Assembly (NCBI GenBank): GCA_951406725.2
Contig: OX597819.1
Span: 69,998,001 to 70,062,000, forward strand
Length of the DNA stretch: 64,000 nucleotides
Direction of reading: 5' to 3'
DNA from: Octopus vulgaris
Taxonomy: Eukaryota
Part shown: in pieces, positions 39,121-52,211 of the stretch
How the letters are laid out: each line of letters opens with the position of its first letter
Position numbering within the stretch: position 1 is the stretch's first letter
Made by a program: the position numbers and the translations under genes
Notes under the pieces: model-generated
Databases searched by the model: none
The model's input: only the letters and a program-made list of their open reading frames with translations
Told to the model about the DNA's origin: nothing

Positions 39121-41575
39121 AACTTAGATAAACTTAGATATGTTTCGACCAAAGATTGGTCCAGGCCATGTCTAACTTAATAGCACCACCTGATAGGATT
39201 ATTCGAATCCTGTTTAAGTCAAGTTTTGTTCAAGTAGTGAGTTCTTGTTGGGTGAGTTGTATCCAGTTTTGTTCAAGTAGTGAGTTCTTGTTGGGTGAGT
39301 TATATCCAATTATGGGTGGCTTATCTGGTATTCTTTGAAGGAATCTATCCAGACTCTGTTTAAAGTTGATGGGATCCTTTTCCTCTTTGATCTCTCTCGG
39401 GACAATGTTAAATAGGGCAGGGCCTGTTGAGGAAAAGAAATTATGTTGCAGTGTACATGTATGTTGTGATCTTGAATTGGGCAGGGGACGTATAGCCCGT
39501 GGTCCAAGTCTTGGATGAACCTTGAAGCTAATGTTTAGGTCGTTTGGGCAAAGTTGGCGGTATATTTTCCACATCGTACAAATGATGTACCGCTCACGGC
39601 GACGCTGGGGGAGTAAAGTTTCAAGGCTTTAAGGCGATCCCAATAATCGAGAGCAGCCATGCCTTCAATGCGTTTAGTGAGTGCCCTCTGGGGTGACTCA
39701 ATTCTGGAGATGTTTTGTCTTGTGTGAGGAGACCACAGTGGGCAGCAGTATTCAAGGTGTGGCCGTACAAAGGAGGAAAAAAGTGGTATGATGACACCTT
39801 GTTCTCTGGACCGGAAAGTTCTTAAGATCCAGGAACTCATCCTACGAGCTATATCGACCTTCTTGTTGATGTGTGCACTCCAACTGAGATCGTCATCAAC
39901 AATTACACCCAGGTCTCTGATATTGTTAGAGGCTGTGAGCGGTTCCCCTGAAGGAAGAAAGTATGGCTGTTTTAGTGAGGAGTTTCTTCCAAAATGCATC
40001 AGCTCAAATTTTCCCTTGTTCAGTTGCATTTTGTTTCTGTCTGCCCATTGACCCACAGCATATAGATCAGACTGGAGTTGAGTTCGGTCTGCTTCTTCAT
40101 TGACGATTTGCTGGAGCTTGGTGTCATCAGCAAATATTTTCACTTTGCAGTAATGTACGACACTGGAAAGGTCGTTTATGTAGATTATGAAGAGTAGCGG
40201 ACCCAAGACAGTCCCCTGGGGGACACCGCTGGTGACTTTTGCTGGGCTTGAGTGGACTCCATCAACTACAACATGTTGTGTTCTATTCGCCAGGAAATAC
40301 TTGATCCAGTGTAGAACTTTTCCACGGATTCCAACATTTGCCAATTTTGAGAGTAGGATATTATGGTCTACCCTGTCGAACGCTTTACTGAAGTCAAGAT
40401 ATATGACATCAGAGTTCGAACCTGTTCCCAAGGCTTTGAGTACATCTTCAATGTGGTGTAAGAGCTGTGTTAGTCCCTGCCACAGCGAAAGCCATGTTGA
40501 TTTGCATTTAGGAGTTTCTGGGTCTCCAGGAAGTCAGCCATCCTTGATCTTAACACTCTTTCAAACACTTTGATGTTGTGGGAGGTGAGTGAGATTGGGC
40601 GATAGTTGAGTGCGAAGGATCTGTTTCCCTGTTTGAAAACCGGGATGATTGACTGGGATAGAAACTGTTTTGGTATGTAACCTGCATCTAACGAATTTCT
40701 CCAGAGGTTGGTCAGAGGGACTGCAAGTTGGTGTCTACATTCCTTCAGGAGACTAGCGGGGAATCTATCAGGGCCTACAGCAGAGTAGTATTTGACCTCA
40801 TTTATTGCTGCTACGATGTCAGTGGGAGTGAAGGTTATGTCTGAGATTTTATGTTGGGAGTCAACTTCGTTCGCTTCTCTTACGTCAATATCAGTGGGAA
40901 CACTAAAGACAGAGCAGTATTGTTTCTGCAGTATTTCTGCCATTTCTTTAGCATTGTGTTGGGGAATGCCGTTAGCATCAATTAATGGCCCAATGGGTGA
41001 GACAGTGGTTCTATGCTTATTTGCATAGGAATAGAACACTTTTGGGTTTTGTTTGATGTTTTTGATTACCCACTGTTCCTCCGCAGCTCTTTGGTTTTCA
41101 ATGGAGGTTTTCATGTCGTTCTGCAGATGAAGTTTTTCCAGCTCTAGCCTTTTCATTGTTGTTGAACGTGGATGTTGTTTGTGGGAATATTTTAATTGGT
41201 TGATTTTTTTGTTAAGTCTTTTGATGCGCCTGATGAGTGTTTTCTTCTTTTTAGGGAGCCGATTTCTGTTTGTGTTAGTAGATTTCGTGGGAGCGTGTTT
41301 AGAGCATGTATATGTGACAATGTTTTCAAAGTGCTGCCATGCGGTCTCAATATGGGTGGAATTGAGAGTAAAAGACCAGTCGATGAAAGACATATCCTTT
41401 CTGATTGCTCCCCAGTCCGCTTTGTGGAAGTTTATGTTATCAAATGAGTGCCATGGAGTGGGATTGGCTGGTTTGGTTTTTATATGTCGGGAATTGAAAT
41501 TGCAGAGTACCATGTCGTGATCTGAGAGGAGAGTTTTTTCAACTGAAATACTCTGAACAAAGCTAGAGTGATCAT
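39121..41575 (-). mobile_element. 5'-truncated CR1/L2-group LINE (APE end + RT + 3' stem-loop and repeat tail)
   Basis: [58 protein letters not shown] and RPHLEY. Frameshifts at ~40480 and ~39610. Tail (atctaagttt)2. Confidence 0.92.
39535..40431 (-). pseudogene. Reverse transcriptase domain of the CR1/L2-type LINE
   Basis: 298-aa ORF with the RT core motifs, separated from the upstream ORF by a frameshift. Confidence 0.9.
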
Positions 41576-41691
41576 ATATATACGAGTGTGTGTGTGAGAG
41601 AGAGAGAGAAGTGTCTGAGGTGTGTGGCATGTGTGTACGCATATGTGTGTGTATGTATGTATGTATGTATGTATGTATGTATGTATGTATG

Positions 41692-41749
<58 letters not shown>

Positions 41750-41828
41750 AAAGAAAAGAAAGACGCAGGAAAAAAATCGCCAACAATCTAAATGTAGTTA
41801 CATTATATACATATATATATATATATAT

Positions 41829-41932
<104 letters not shown>

Positions 41933-41971
41933 ATATATATATGTATATATGTATATATATATATGTATGTA

Positions 41972-42021
<50 letters not shown>

Positions 42022-42425
42022 TATATACATATGTATGTGTGTGTGTGTGTATCTTTGCGTTTGTGTTAATCCCCCACAGCCTCCTCATCTGCATGTCGTG
42101 TTAATAATTAAGTATTGTTGCCGTGCTTTGTTGTGAAAATGATGGGAACGATATAAATAGTAGACTCATTAACACCAATTTTAAAACTTTTAATGATTAC
42201 CTTCCGGCTACTTTCATACTTTAAGTCTCGTATGCTGTGTCTGTCTCTAATATATTTTCGCTTCATATTTTTTTCAATAAGTCCTCCAAAGACAATGCTG
42301 TACTTTTTGCTTTAAACGTCTTTTGGAAGATGCCGTTTGCACATTGTGTCATTTTTACGGTATGCCTTCCCACTGTCCGCATTATATATACACGTGAATA
42401 TCTTCTTATTTCATAAAGATTCTTT

Positions 42426-42574
42426 TTAGAAAGATCTCGAAGTACATCACATAAAGCTATAAATAATAACATATAATTATTGGGTTGCGAAACTCTTTTG
42501 CATGGAAAAAATAGGCCCACTATTTACATGCTGTTATTTATAGCTTTATGCGATGTGCTTCGAGAACATTCTAA
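42426..42574. repeat. Hairpin/MITE-like inverted repeat (~38-47-bp arms)
   Basis: tctcgaagtacatcacataaagctataaataataacat versus atgctgttatttatagctttatgcgatgtgcttcgaga. Confidence 0.75.
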
Positions 42575-42667
42575 CAAATAATTACTTTATGTTCTTTCGA
42601 CAGTATATAAAATTCATGTAACGTCGAACATCATAACGATTGTCCTTTTTATCCTTAAAACTATGTA

Positions 42668-43924
42668 CGAGTATTGGCCGAAAAGTTCACAGGCTGGCCA
42701 AGATACTCTCATGGAATGTGATCAACTAAGGTTTATTTTCTAACATAGTCCCCCCTCCCTTGCGGTCCACACCCTTCTTTCATTGGTGTTGCAGAGCTTG
42801 TACCCCAATGGTAAAGAAGATTCTATCTTGTTAGTCAAAAAGCAGGTATAAACGTCAATCTCACTGCTCTACCGGTTCCCAGCCAAGTGTTTTGTCATGT
42901 TAGGAAACAGATGATAGTCAGAAGGTATCAAATCAAAAGAATAGGAAGGTTGATCAACCAGTTTAAGGCCAGCTATGCACAGCAGCCATTGAAAGCAAGG
43001 ACTCGTGTGCTGGAGCATTGTCCTGTTGGTCAGTTTTTCTAGGCGTTTGGTCTTGATAGCCTTTCGCAACTGCCTCGGTAAGTTGGCATAGTACTCTCCA
43101 TTGTCAGTGTGGCCATTTTAAAGATAGGCATTAAATACAATACATTTTGTATTCGAAAAAAAACTGAAGCCATCACTTTCCCTGCAAATGAAACGACCTT
43201 GACCTTATTTGGAGTAGGTGAGAGGGTGTCCACTACATGGATTGCCTATTTATCACTGCCACAAAATGATGAACCCAAAACTCATCCTTAGGAGACGTTT
43301 AAGGAAACCAGCTGGATCTGCCTCAAACAATACCAGATTTTCCCGTGATTACTCCACGGGAATCACACTGGGGTGTGTTTTTGATCAGGTGTCAGAAGTG
43401 GCACCCACCGAGCAGAAAGAAACGGTCAAGCCAAAAGCATTGTGCAAAATATTCTCAACTCTCTCACAGGATATGTTAATAGCATTGGCTATTTGATTTA
43501 TAGTCAATCATCTGTCATCCATCAACACGTGGTGGTGAACACGATCAACGTTTTCCTCGGTGGTGGCATTGCAAAACGTCCAGACGTTGGGTCGTTTACA
43601 AGACTCTCCCTTCCCGTTCCTAAATTCAGCCGCCCATTTTTGCACTGTTGATAAACCTGGAGCATCCTCCTTTAATGTATCCACCATGTCAGCATAAACG
43701 TCCATGGATGTTAAGCCAGTTTTCTGCAGGTACTTTTGTCCATTTTTCAAGAGAAATCACTCCTATTTACATTTGAAGTCTTCTTTGAACAATCAGATGT
43801 CAGTTTACCTAGAAAGAAACAATGGAGTTACTGATAAGATGAATTGAAATTAATTCAGACAAGATTTCACATCTCTAAGATCACTCCTTCATAGTTAGCC
43901 TATGAACTTTTCGGCCCACTCTCG
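42668..43924 (-). mobile_element. Near full-length decayed mariner transposon
   Basis: TIRs TA|cgagtattggccgaaaagttcacaggct and agcctatgaacttttcggcccactctcg|TA. Encodes STVQKWAAEFRNG, AGKVMASVF and PSYSFDLIPSDYHLFPNM. Confidence 0.88.
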
Positions 43925-43974
43925 TACAGTGGCGCGACCTAATTACTGAAATTTATTTCTTTGCTTTCATTAGC

Positions 43975-44175
43975 AGTGAGCTGGTAAGAGCGATAAGCTG
44001 ACAGAATCGTTGCTGCGCCGTACAAAACGCTCAGATCACGTCTTCTGGTTTTATGTTTTGAGTTCGAATATCACCGAGGTAGAGTTTGCCTTTCATTCTT
44101 TCGGGGTCGATAAAACAAGTGTCACTCGAGGACCTCCCCAAAAATTTCGGGTCTTGTGCCTTCAGTAGTAACAAT
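43975..44175 (+). mobile_element. SINE family B
   Basis: gctgacagaatcgttg..gagttcgaat..tttgcctttcattctttcggggtcgataaa. Confidence 0.75.
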
Positions 44176-45149
44176 TATTATGTTATGCATTACTGGAAGT
44201 TATAAAAGAATTTACAATCGTTTTTTCTTGCAATCTAGGCCACAGACCGACCAGGGAATATACACAACAAAAAATGGAAAGCAAAATGAAATTAAGCTAA
44301 AAAAGAAAAGTAGCAACAAAATATCTTTCAAATAAATGCAGCAACGAAAAACTTGAAAAAAATTTTCGCGTCGAAATATTTTTGATATTGCATCTTTTTT
44401 TTTTAAGTATCTTTTGAAAATATGGTACTACAAATAATTGAAAGAGATGCAGGACGAACAAGTTCAGATTCTTAAACAGAGAAAGGAAATTTTCCAACAT
44501 TTTTCCATGGAAAGAATCCTTGGAAAGCGATTTTTTTTAAAAATCAGAATGGTAACTTATTTCGATCTAAACCAAATTACCATCGAAGAAATAAAATTAA
44601 AATATTTTATCAATGGAACTAATGGTAAAATGTTTAAATTGGCTAATGCTTTGATGATGTCAAAAGATTACGTAAAAATGTATATTTTTTAGACTCATAA
44701 AAAAATTTATTAGACATTTTGAGGTAAAGAGAAATCCTGTGATGTTGAGACATAATTTTTTTACAGTTATTATCAAAAATCAATGAAATTAGTATTGGTG
44801 GCTTTGTGGCAGAATTAAAAGTGAAATCTGTAGACTGGCTTCAGAAATGCAGATGTTAGGATCAATACCATAAAATAATCTGTTATTATATGATCATCAA
44901 CAAAGCAATTATGTGTATATGTATTAAAACTGGGTGACAAATATAATTGGAAGGAAACAGAACTAACACCAAACAAATCATTGAGAATGGTTGTTGAGAA
45001 ATTTGCTGGCAAGAAAGCCTGAGTTTGAAAATTCACGTGTAAAAGCTGTGCAGATTAAGACGAAATCTTAAAAAGGAATCAATCACTAATCATACAAGTT
45101 AGAATGCAAATCCACAGCGAATATTTTTAATGAAACATTTTAAATGCAT

Positions 45150-45320
45150 TCTGTTGCAACAAAATGTACGCCGCGGATGCTGACAGGTGAGCAAAAGCAA
45201 TCAAACTGTATCGCAGTTTAGATCGATTAGATATCAGTGGAAGCTTTCTGAAAATCGTCGTAAAAGGTGAAGAAACGTGGATTTATGACTACGATGTCGA
45301 AATAAAAAAACAGGCATTGA
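45150..45320 (+). pseudogene. mariner transposase fragment
   Basis: ATKCTPRMLTGEQK..FLKIVVKGEETWIYDYDVEIKKQ, compare WVP..LT..QK and FL..IVTGDETW..YD.E.K.Q. Confidence 0.7.
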
Positions 45321-45404
45321 TGTAAGATACATCATCATTGTTTCAATCAAGAAAAAGAGAACAAAGTCACTGATAAGTGAAAATTGGTCGTCTCGTTTAA
45401 CCAT

Positions 45405-45725
45405 TTATCTGTCCTGGTATTGTAACCGTCATGAGATCCCACATTATTTCGATTTCAATCAGTAAATCTTTATATTTCCTGAGTTTGTCAAATTCTTTTG
45501 CCTAGATATTATGATCACAAGGAATGCTCATTTCAATCAAGAAACAGACTTTATTGGTTTTGGCCTTTCACAACAATACCTGGTTTATTAGCTTCGGTGG
45601 TTCGGTCTGTACGTACTGCGAAGTCCCAAAGAATCATTACATTTTCTCCCTCGGTTACAGCTTCAGGGTGGTGCTTATACCATTTGTCGGCAGTTTTGAT
45701 TTTACAATGCCGACATATTAACTTA
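45405..45725 (-). mobile_element. R4/Dong LINE fragment (same subfamily as 4681-7015)
   Basis: KTADKWYKHHPEAVTEGENVMILWDFAVRTDRT..ANKP.IVVK, nearly identical to the young copy. Confidence 0.88.
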
Positions 45726-45743
45726 TAATTATTATCATTATTA

Positions 45744-45805
<62 letters not shown>

Positions 45806-45848
45806 TTTATTTTTATTATTATTATCATCATCATCATCATCATCATCA

Positions 45849-45889
<41 letters not shown>

Positions 45890-45958
45890 GTTATTATTAT
45901 TATTATTGTTGTTGTTATTATTATTGTTGTTGGTGTTGTTGTTATTATTATTATTATT

Positions 45959-46320
45959 CAGTAGTCTTCTTTTTATCACGTGCTTGAACTGCTCTACCGA
46001 GCGCAGCTCTATGTGCTGTGGTTTGCTGTGATGCTCTTATGATTACTATATTGAAAGTGTTTTACGTAGGATGCGTGTGGTGCCTAGTAGTGCTATGTTC
46101 TGTATGTTATATATATTTATAAGTCCTGGTGTTTTTGTTATGTATTTATCTGAATATTTTTTATCATACCTAATGTGCTTACTATGATAGAAATTGTTTC
46201 TGTTTTTAGATTCCACATTCGAGTTACCTCTATTTCCAGGTCTTTGTATTTTGAATGTTTCTCCAATTCTTTTAAAGAAATATTGTCATCTGTTGGCATT
46301 GATACATCGATTAGAAAGCA
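45959..46320 (-). mobile_element. R4/Dong LINE 3' fragment (same subfamily as 4353-4659)
   Basis: Colinear with 4353-4659; flanked by (TAA)n. Confidence 0.85.
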
Positions 46321-46381
46321 ATTTTCCCTTGGAGATCTTGGTATTGATACATCGATTAGAAATTATGGTATTGATACATCG

Positions 46382-46483
<102 letters not shown>

Positions 46484-47041
46484 GAGTGAGAGAGCAGCGC
46501 ATGCCATCAAAGTGACACTGGGGTAAAATATACGAAGCCCAATATACCCATCATAACTACCCGTCTGATAAAGGTACACCAGGCACATGCATCACAACCA
46601 TATGTGCGCGACATGGTGATCTCATATCAAGATAAACTGCACATGACCTTGCAGGTGGGGCCCAGTTAGAATTTTCTTCAGGTTGAGTAGCCCATCCCGC
46701 TCAAACGGTCCCTGAATAAGGGTTGTTTAAGGATGTTGAAAGAACCACCCATGTTTCCAGAGGTGAACTATTCAAACCCCAAAGAATCCCTCTCAACACA
46801 TGGCTATGATGCTCCCCCACTACTTCTGCTCGTGATCAGAGATGCACATATCGTCAGCCACTAAGGGACATGCTCAACTGGTTAAGGTCAAACAACTGAC
46901 AAGCAAATCTGTGGTATTGAGCAGAATATTTGCTGTAGCCCATCTTTTATACCAAGACAAAACAATGTACATGATAACACTTCCAATCAGTTAAGATCAG
47001 AAGCCATGAGAGCCACTGCCTGGTACTGCATCAGGGCATTT
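46484..47041 (-). mobile_element. ~560-bp (TAA)n-embedded element (copy 4)
   Basis: Near-identical to 3762-4319. Confidence 0.9.
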
Positions 47042-47140
47042 ATTATTATTATTATTATCATTATTATTATTATTATCATTATTATTATTATTATCATTAT
47101 TATTATTTTCATTGTTATTGTTGTTGTTGTTATTATTATT

Positions 47141-47483
47141 GAGTGAGAGAGCAGGACATCAAAGTGACACTGGGGTAAAATATACGAAGCCCAGTATACC
47201 CATCATGACTACCCCTCTGATAAGGGAAAGCTAGACACATGCATCACAACCAAATGTGCGCGACATGGTGATCTCATATCAAGATAAACAGCACATGCCC
47301 TTGTAGGTAGGGCCCAGTTAGAATTTTCTTCAGGTAGAGTAGCCCATCCTGCTCAAAGGGTCCCTGAATAAGGGTTGTTTAAGGATGTTGAACGAAACAC
47401 TCATGTTTCCAGAGGTGAATTATCCAAACCCCAAAGAATCCCTCTCAACACATGGCTATGATGCTCCCCCACTACTTCTGCTT
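47141..47483 (-). mobile_element. ~560-bp element, partial copy 5
   Basis: Colinear with 46484-46830, then switches to a SINE B fragment. Confidence 0.85.
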
Positions 47484-47686
47484 CTTCGAACTTTAGGTTC
47501 CGAGTTCAAATGCTGCTGAGATCGACTTTGCCTTTCATCCTTTCCAAGTGGATAAAATGAGTACCAGTTGAATACTGAAAATCTGTGTGTTTCTGTGGGG
47601 GGAAGGGGATGTGCGTGCAGGCGGTGAGCTTGTCGTCGTCTCCCCCACCCCCGTGCCACATTTTCATTATTATATATTTATATATT

Positions 47687-47880
47687 GGGCGTGACTGAGT
47701 GGTACGAACCTTGCTTCCCAACCATACGGTTCCGGGCTCAACCACAGCGTGAAAACTTGGTCAAGTGTCATCTACTGTAGACTCGAGCCGGCCAAAACCT
47801 TGTCAGTAAATTTGGTAGGCGGAAACTGAAAGAATCCCGTCGTCTGTGTGCATATATATATATGTGTGTGTGTGTGTGTG

Positions 47881-47927
<47 letters not shown>

Positions 47928-48150
47928 TTGTGTGTCTTTGTGTTTGTTCCACCCAATCACCAACCAACTGCCAGGGTTGGTTCGTTTACATCCCCGATAC
48001 CTAGCAATACAGCCAAAGAGTCTTGCAAAAAATAACTACGAGGTCAGGCTTCAAAAGAAAATAAGTACTGGGGTCGATTTGTTCGACTAGAATTCTTCAA
48101 GGTGGTGCCACAGCATGGCCGCAGTCTAATGATTGAAACAAGTAAACGGT
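47687..48150 (+). mobile_element. SINE family A with internal (TA)n/(TG)n
   Basis: cttgcttcccaaccat..ggttccgggctcaa head and ggtggtgccacagcatggccgcagtctaatgattgaaacaagtaa tail. Confidence 0.85.
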
Positions 48151-48175
48151 ATAAAATAGTCTGTATTAATATTAT

Positions 48176-49065
48176 CACGGGTTGCGATGGGTAAATTGTC
48201 GCCTTTATTTAATTATTTTTTTTTTTTTAGATTTTTTAATTTCGTGCATGCACATTGTTTGTTTTTGATTTTGTCGACTACATAATATAGTAGGGTCAGC
48301 TGAGCACTGTCTGTGAGAAAAACAGCACAATGACGCCAGAAATTTAGAAACGACATGCTGTACTGCTCGGTATTTGTGCCGGAAGCTCCAATACGAATAT
48401 TTCAGAATCTGAGGACAGTGCAATCTGAGGACATGTACCGAGAGTGATAAAAACCAAACATGCAGTCAACATCATGATGTTTGGAGCGATTACTCGTGAT
48501 GGCGACGCTATGCCTCCATTCATCTCCTCACACGTCCTCAAACTCATTACGAAGGGCTACGTAAAGTGCCTAGAGAAAGTAGTGCTGCCCTGGGTCAAGA
48601 GGGTAGCTGCTAGAAGACCATATGTCTGGCAACAGAACTCTGCATCATGCCAAACAAGCAAGGGAACCCAGTTATGGCTGTCAGACAATTTCTGCGACCA
48701 CATCACCCCTAACATCTGGCCACCTAACTCCCCAGACTGCAACCCCGTTCATTATTATGTGGGGGGGGGGCGCAGTTGAGCGAGAAACCAACAAAACTCC
48801 TTGTAACACCAAAGATGAACTGAAGGCAGGGATTATGGCAGCATTCACCAACTAAAACAAGGAGACCGTCCTGAAGAGTTGCAGGAGATTCCGAAGTCGT
48901 CTGGAAGCCGTAGTTGAAGCCAATGGAGACTTTATTGAGTAAATTTACTCTTAAGTATTTCAAAACATTTTAATGTAATTTTGGTAAATATATCTGTTAA
49001 AAGGAGATGTCAGTGCTATTTTCATTTTTGCGTAATTTAGACGACAGTTTATTCCCCGCGCCCTG
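48176..49065 (+). mobile_element. maT/DD37D internal-deletion derivative (copy 2)
   Basis: Reverse complement homologue of 29739-30610 with the same TIRs; encodes WQQNSASC..TQLWL..WPPNSPDCNP. Confidence 0.85.
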
Positions 49066-49744
49066 TAGTAATACATAACTGTGTGTTTGTTTGAGTGTAT
49101 TTTGCACGAGTGTTATTTCCAGTCTGTCTCTATCTATACACGTGTATACGCGTGTGCAAAGCTTTTATCCAGTTGTGCGCTGATATCTGTAATATTTATC
49201 TTGTCTGTTCCCATCAAGTTAAATAGATTCCAAGTTTCAGCATATGTTCGTATGTGTGTGTATATGCCCGCATGTATATGCATATGTGTTCGTGAGCGCG
49301 CGCAATGTGTTTATATGTATGTGAAAGAGTAGGTGAAAAAGAAGAGAATTTTCCGCTTAGTCCATTAGGTAGTAACGTTGATAGAGTCTTGCGGAATCTC
49401 CAATGGCAGCAACTTTAAAATCCTAAATACGGAATGTAACATGACTAAACCAGCTTCACAAATTAGAACTCAGCGAGAATTATCGATTTTGTTTCTTAAG
49501 AGAACTATATTGACGAGAAGACAACGATAGAAAGAGAGACAGTGACAGAGCTATTGAGGCGCAGAGAGACAGAGACAGAGCGGTAGAGGCACAGAGAGAC
49601 AGGCAGTGGTGGTGGGGAGGACTAAATGCATTTGTAGTCCCTAACTGCGTTCCTTTGCATTCTAGTTTCGAATCTAGCTGGGGGGTCATCGACATTGAAT
49701 TTATCAACCGCTTAGGACATGGAAATTATTTATTCTTTTAATTT

Positions 49745-50060
49745 TATACTTCTTTCAGTCATTGAACTGCGGCCATGCTGGAGCACTGACTCGCTGATAG
49801 GGCTAAGCTACGACCCAAATAATCAGTATTCGTTTCATATCTTCCATGTGTTCAATCGGTTTCTCTTTTACCGAACAGCTAAACAAAGGCACAGGCGTGA
49901 GTTTGTGATTAAAAAGCTTGCTCCTCAACTACATGGCTCCGGGTTCAGTTCTACTGCGTAGCAGCATCTTGGGCAAGTGTCTTCTAATATAGCCCGGGTC
50001 GACCACAGCATTGTGAGTAGGACTTGATACACAGAAACTAAATGAAGCCTCTGTGTGTGT
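49745..50060. mobile_element. Two SINE family A fragments in opposite orientation
   Basis: Minus-strand tail at 49745-49885 (tttcagtcattgaactgcggccatgctggagcac) and plus-strand head at 49888-50060. Confidence 0.7.
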
Positions 50061-50065
50061 GTGTG

Positions 50066-50126
<61 letters not shown>

Positions 50127-50130
50127 TATA

Positions 50131-51290
50131 CTAGCAGCATATAGCGCGGCGTTGCCCGGGTATGTAAGAGCCCCTAGTAGGCAACGACTAATCCCAATCT
50201 AGTCCTTTCCCTCTAGGGAACGAAGGCGCATGTGTAGGTTGCAATGTCTGCTCTTCACTCCCAAATAACTATCAAACAGCTATCAATAATTCAACCCAAC
50301 CAATTCCTACCAGGAAGAAATTACATTCGAGACTGTACCCCCAACACCGCCACTTCTGCTAATAGCTGCTGCAGCCGCAAGTTATTCGAATATTTTTTTT
50401 TGTTTAAACTTTCTTTATAACTACCACCCCAAACGTTTTACCTTAAATTTTTGACGTACCCTAAGGGCCCTCGGACGCTACTTGCAAACACTTGGTTTAT
50501 TATAAACCGCTTTTGTCGTGTGCACCAAAAAACTTTTTCCATTCGTTTGTTCAGTTTGGTCACTTTTGACTTTTTCGTTGTTGTCACTCACATTGCCGCC
50601 CGCTTTTTTTTTTGCCGTTTTTGTACATTTTTATACATTTTGGGATACTTACCCCACGTGTTCCGAGAGTTAAAAAGGTCGAGTTGCGTCCCCTAGACAG
50701 TCTGTGGTTTGTGTTTAATACACAAATCGGTTTGCTATGTGTGCCACATATGATTTAATTAACCGATTTTTTCCAGTAATAAAGTATCCTATTGGAATAA
50801 AAAGGGCCATATAGCTCCTTGGAGCAGACATGATGCTCGCTGTGAATTTTAAAAAAATTCCTGCCAATTTGTGAAAGATATTGTCGAAAATATGTCATCT
50901 TGAATTTGAACGCGATTTCCCAAAATGACATGATTTTATCGATTTTTTCTGATGGTAAGGTATTGCATGGAAAACTAACGTCAGAATTAAGTTTCTTAGG
51001 GTAACATTAAGCTTCGCCATGAGTTTGGTGAAAATCGATTGCAAGTTGCGAAAACTACAACAGAAAATGTGTTGCATATAAAAAGCTTAGATTTTCGACC
51101 CCATGTCGAATTTATCGATTTTTTTCAGAACTGGGGGAACTTTTCAAAATTTTCGCTGCGTTAGATTTGAATTATGACATAGGGCTATGTATGTGTCAAG
51201 TTTCATCAGAATCGGTTGAAAGCCGTGGTCAGGGTGAGGGTACAACCTGACACACAGACACACAGACAGACAAACTACCGTTTATATAGA
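50131..51290 (-). mobile_element. Complete non-autonomous Helitron
   Basis: Minus strand A|TCTATATAAAC..(GTCT/GTGT)n at the 5' end. Subterminal GC hairpin cccgggcaacgccgcgc and CTAG|T at the 3' end. Inserted between A and T with no TSD. Confidence 0.85.
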
Positions 51291-51770
51291 TAATAATATA
51301 TATATATATATACTTGTGTTTTTTATGTATGTGTGTCTGAGTTTTGTGATGTGTCTTCCACTGCCGCTTGACAACCCATGCTGGTTTGTTTACGACCCTG
51401 TAGCTTTGCAGTTTGGCAAAAGATTCCAAAAGAATATGTACTAGTCTTTAAGAATTTAAGTACTAAAGTCGATTTGGAAAATTACTATTTTTAAATCTCA
51501 CAACGAGAGATATTCAGCAAGAGTACTTTGGAGTAAAGATTGTTTACTGTAATTTAGCCCCAGGAGACATTGTCTCCGGCTGGCTATACGACACGATCTG
51601 TGTCCTCATATTTTCGAGCAAGGGAATCTAGCACCCCAACTCAGCTCAAAACAATATCTGTGTATCGCGATTTCCGGGTTATTTCCTTTCATCAGCACAG
51701 AATAACTGTTCGGCTATATTGCTTTGTTCGAAAATATAAGGACACAAATCGTGTAAATATAAAAGATGCT

Positions 51771-51825
<55 letters not shown>

Positions 51826-51826
51826 T

Positions 51827-52211
51827 ACTCTTTTACTTGTTTCAGTCATTTGACTGCGGCCATGCTGGAGCACCACCTTTAATCGTGCAAATCGACCCCT
51901 GGACTTATTCTTTTGTAAGCCCAGTACTTATTCTATCGGTCTCTTTTGCCGAACCGCTAAGTAACGGGGACATAAACACACCAGCATCGGCTGTCAAGCA
52001 ATGCTAGGGGGACAAACACAGACACACAAATACACACGCGCATATATATATATATATACATATATATATACGACGGGCTTCTTTCAGTTTCCGTCTACCA
52101 AATCCACCCACAAGGCTTTGGTCGGCCCTAGGCTATAGTAGAAGACACTTGCCCAAGGTGCCACGCAGTGGGACTGAACCCGGAACCATGTGGTTGGTTA
52201 GCAAGCTACTT
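51827..52211 (-). mobile_element. SINE family A (young), 5' head split by an insertion
   Basis: Near-consensus copy whose sequence resumes at 54412-54445. Confidence 0.9.

Noticed and set aside
39135-39165. GACCAA..TTGGTC-GAAAC as a hammerhead
   Set aside because: There is no CUGANGA core; it is better explained as the LINE 3' stem-loop before the tandem tail.
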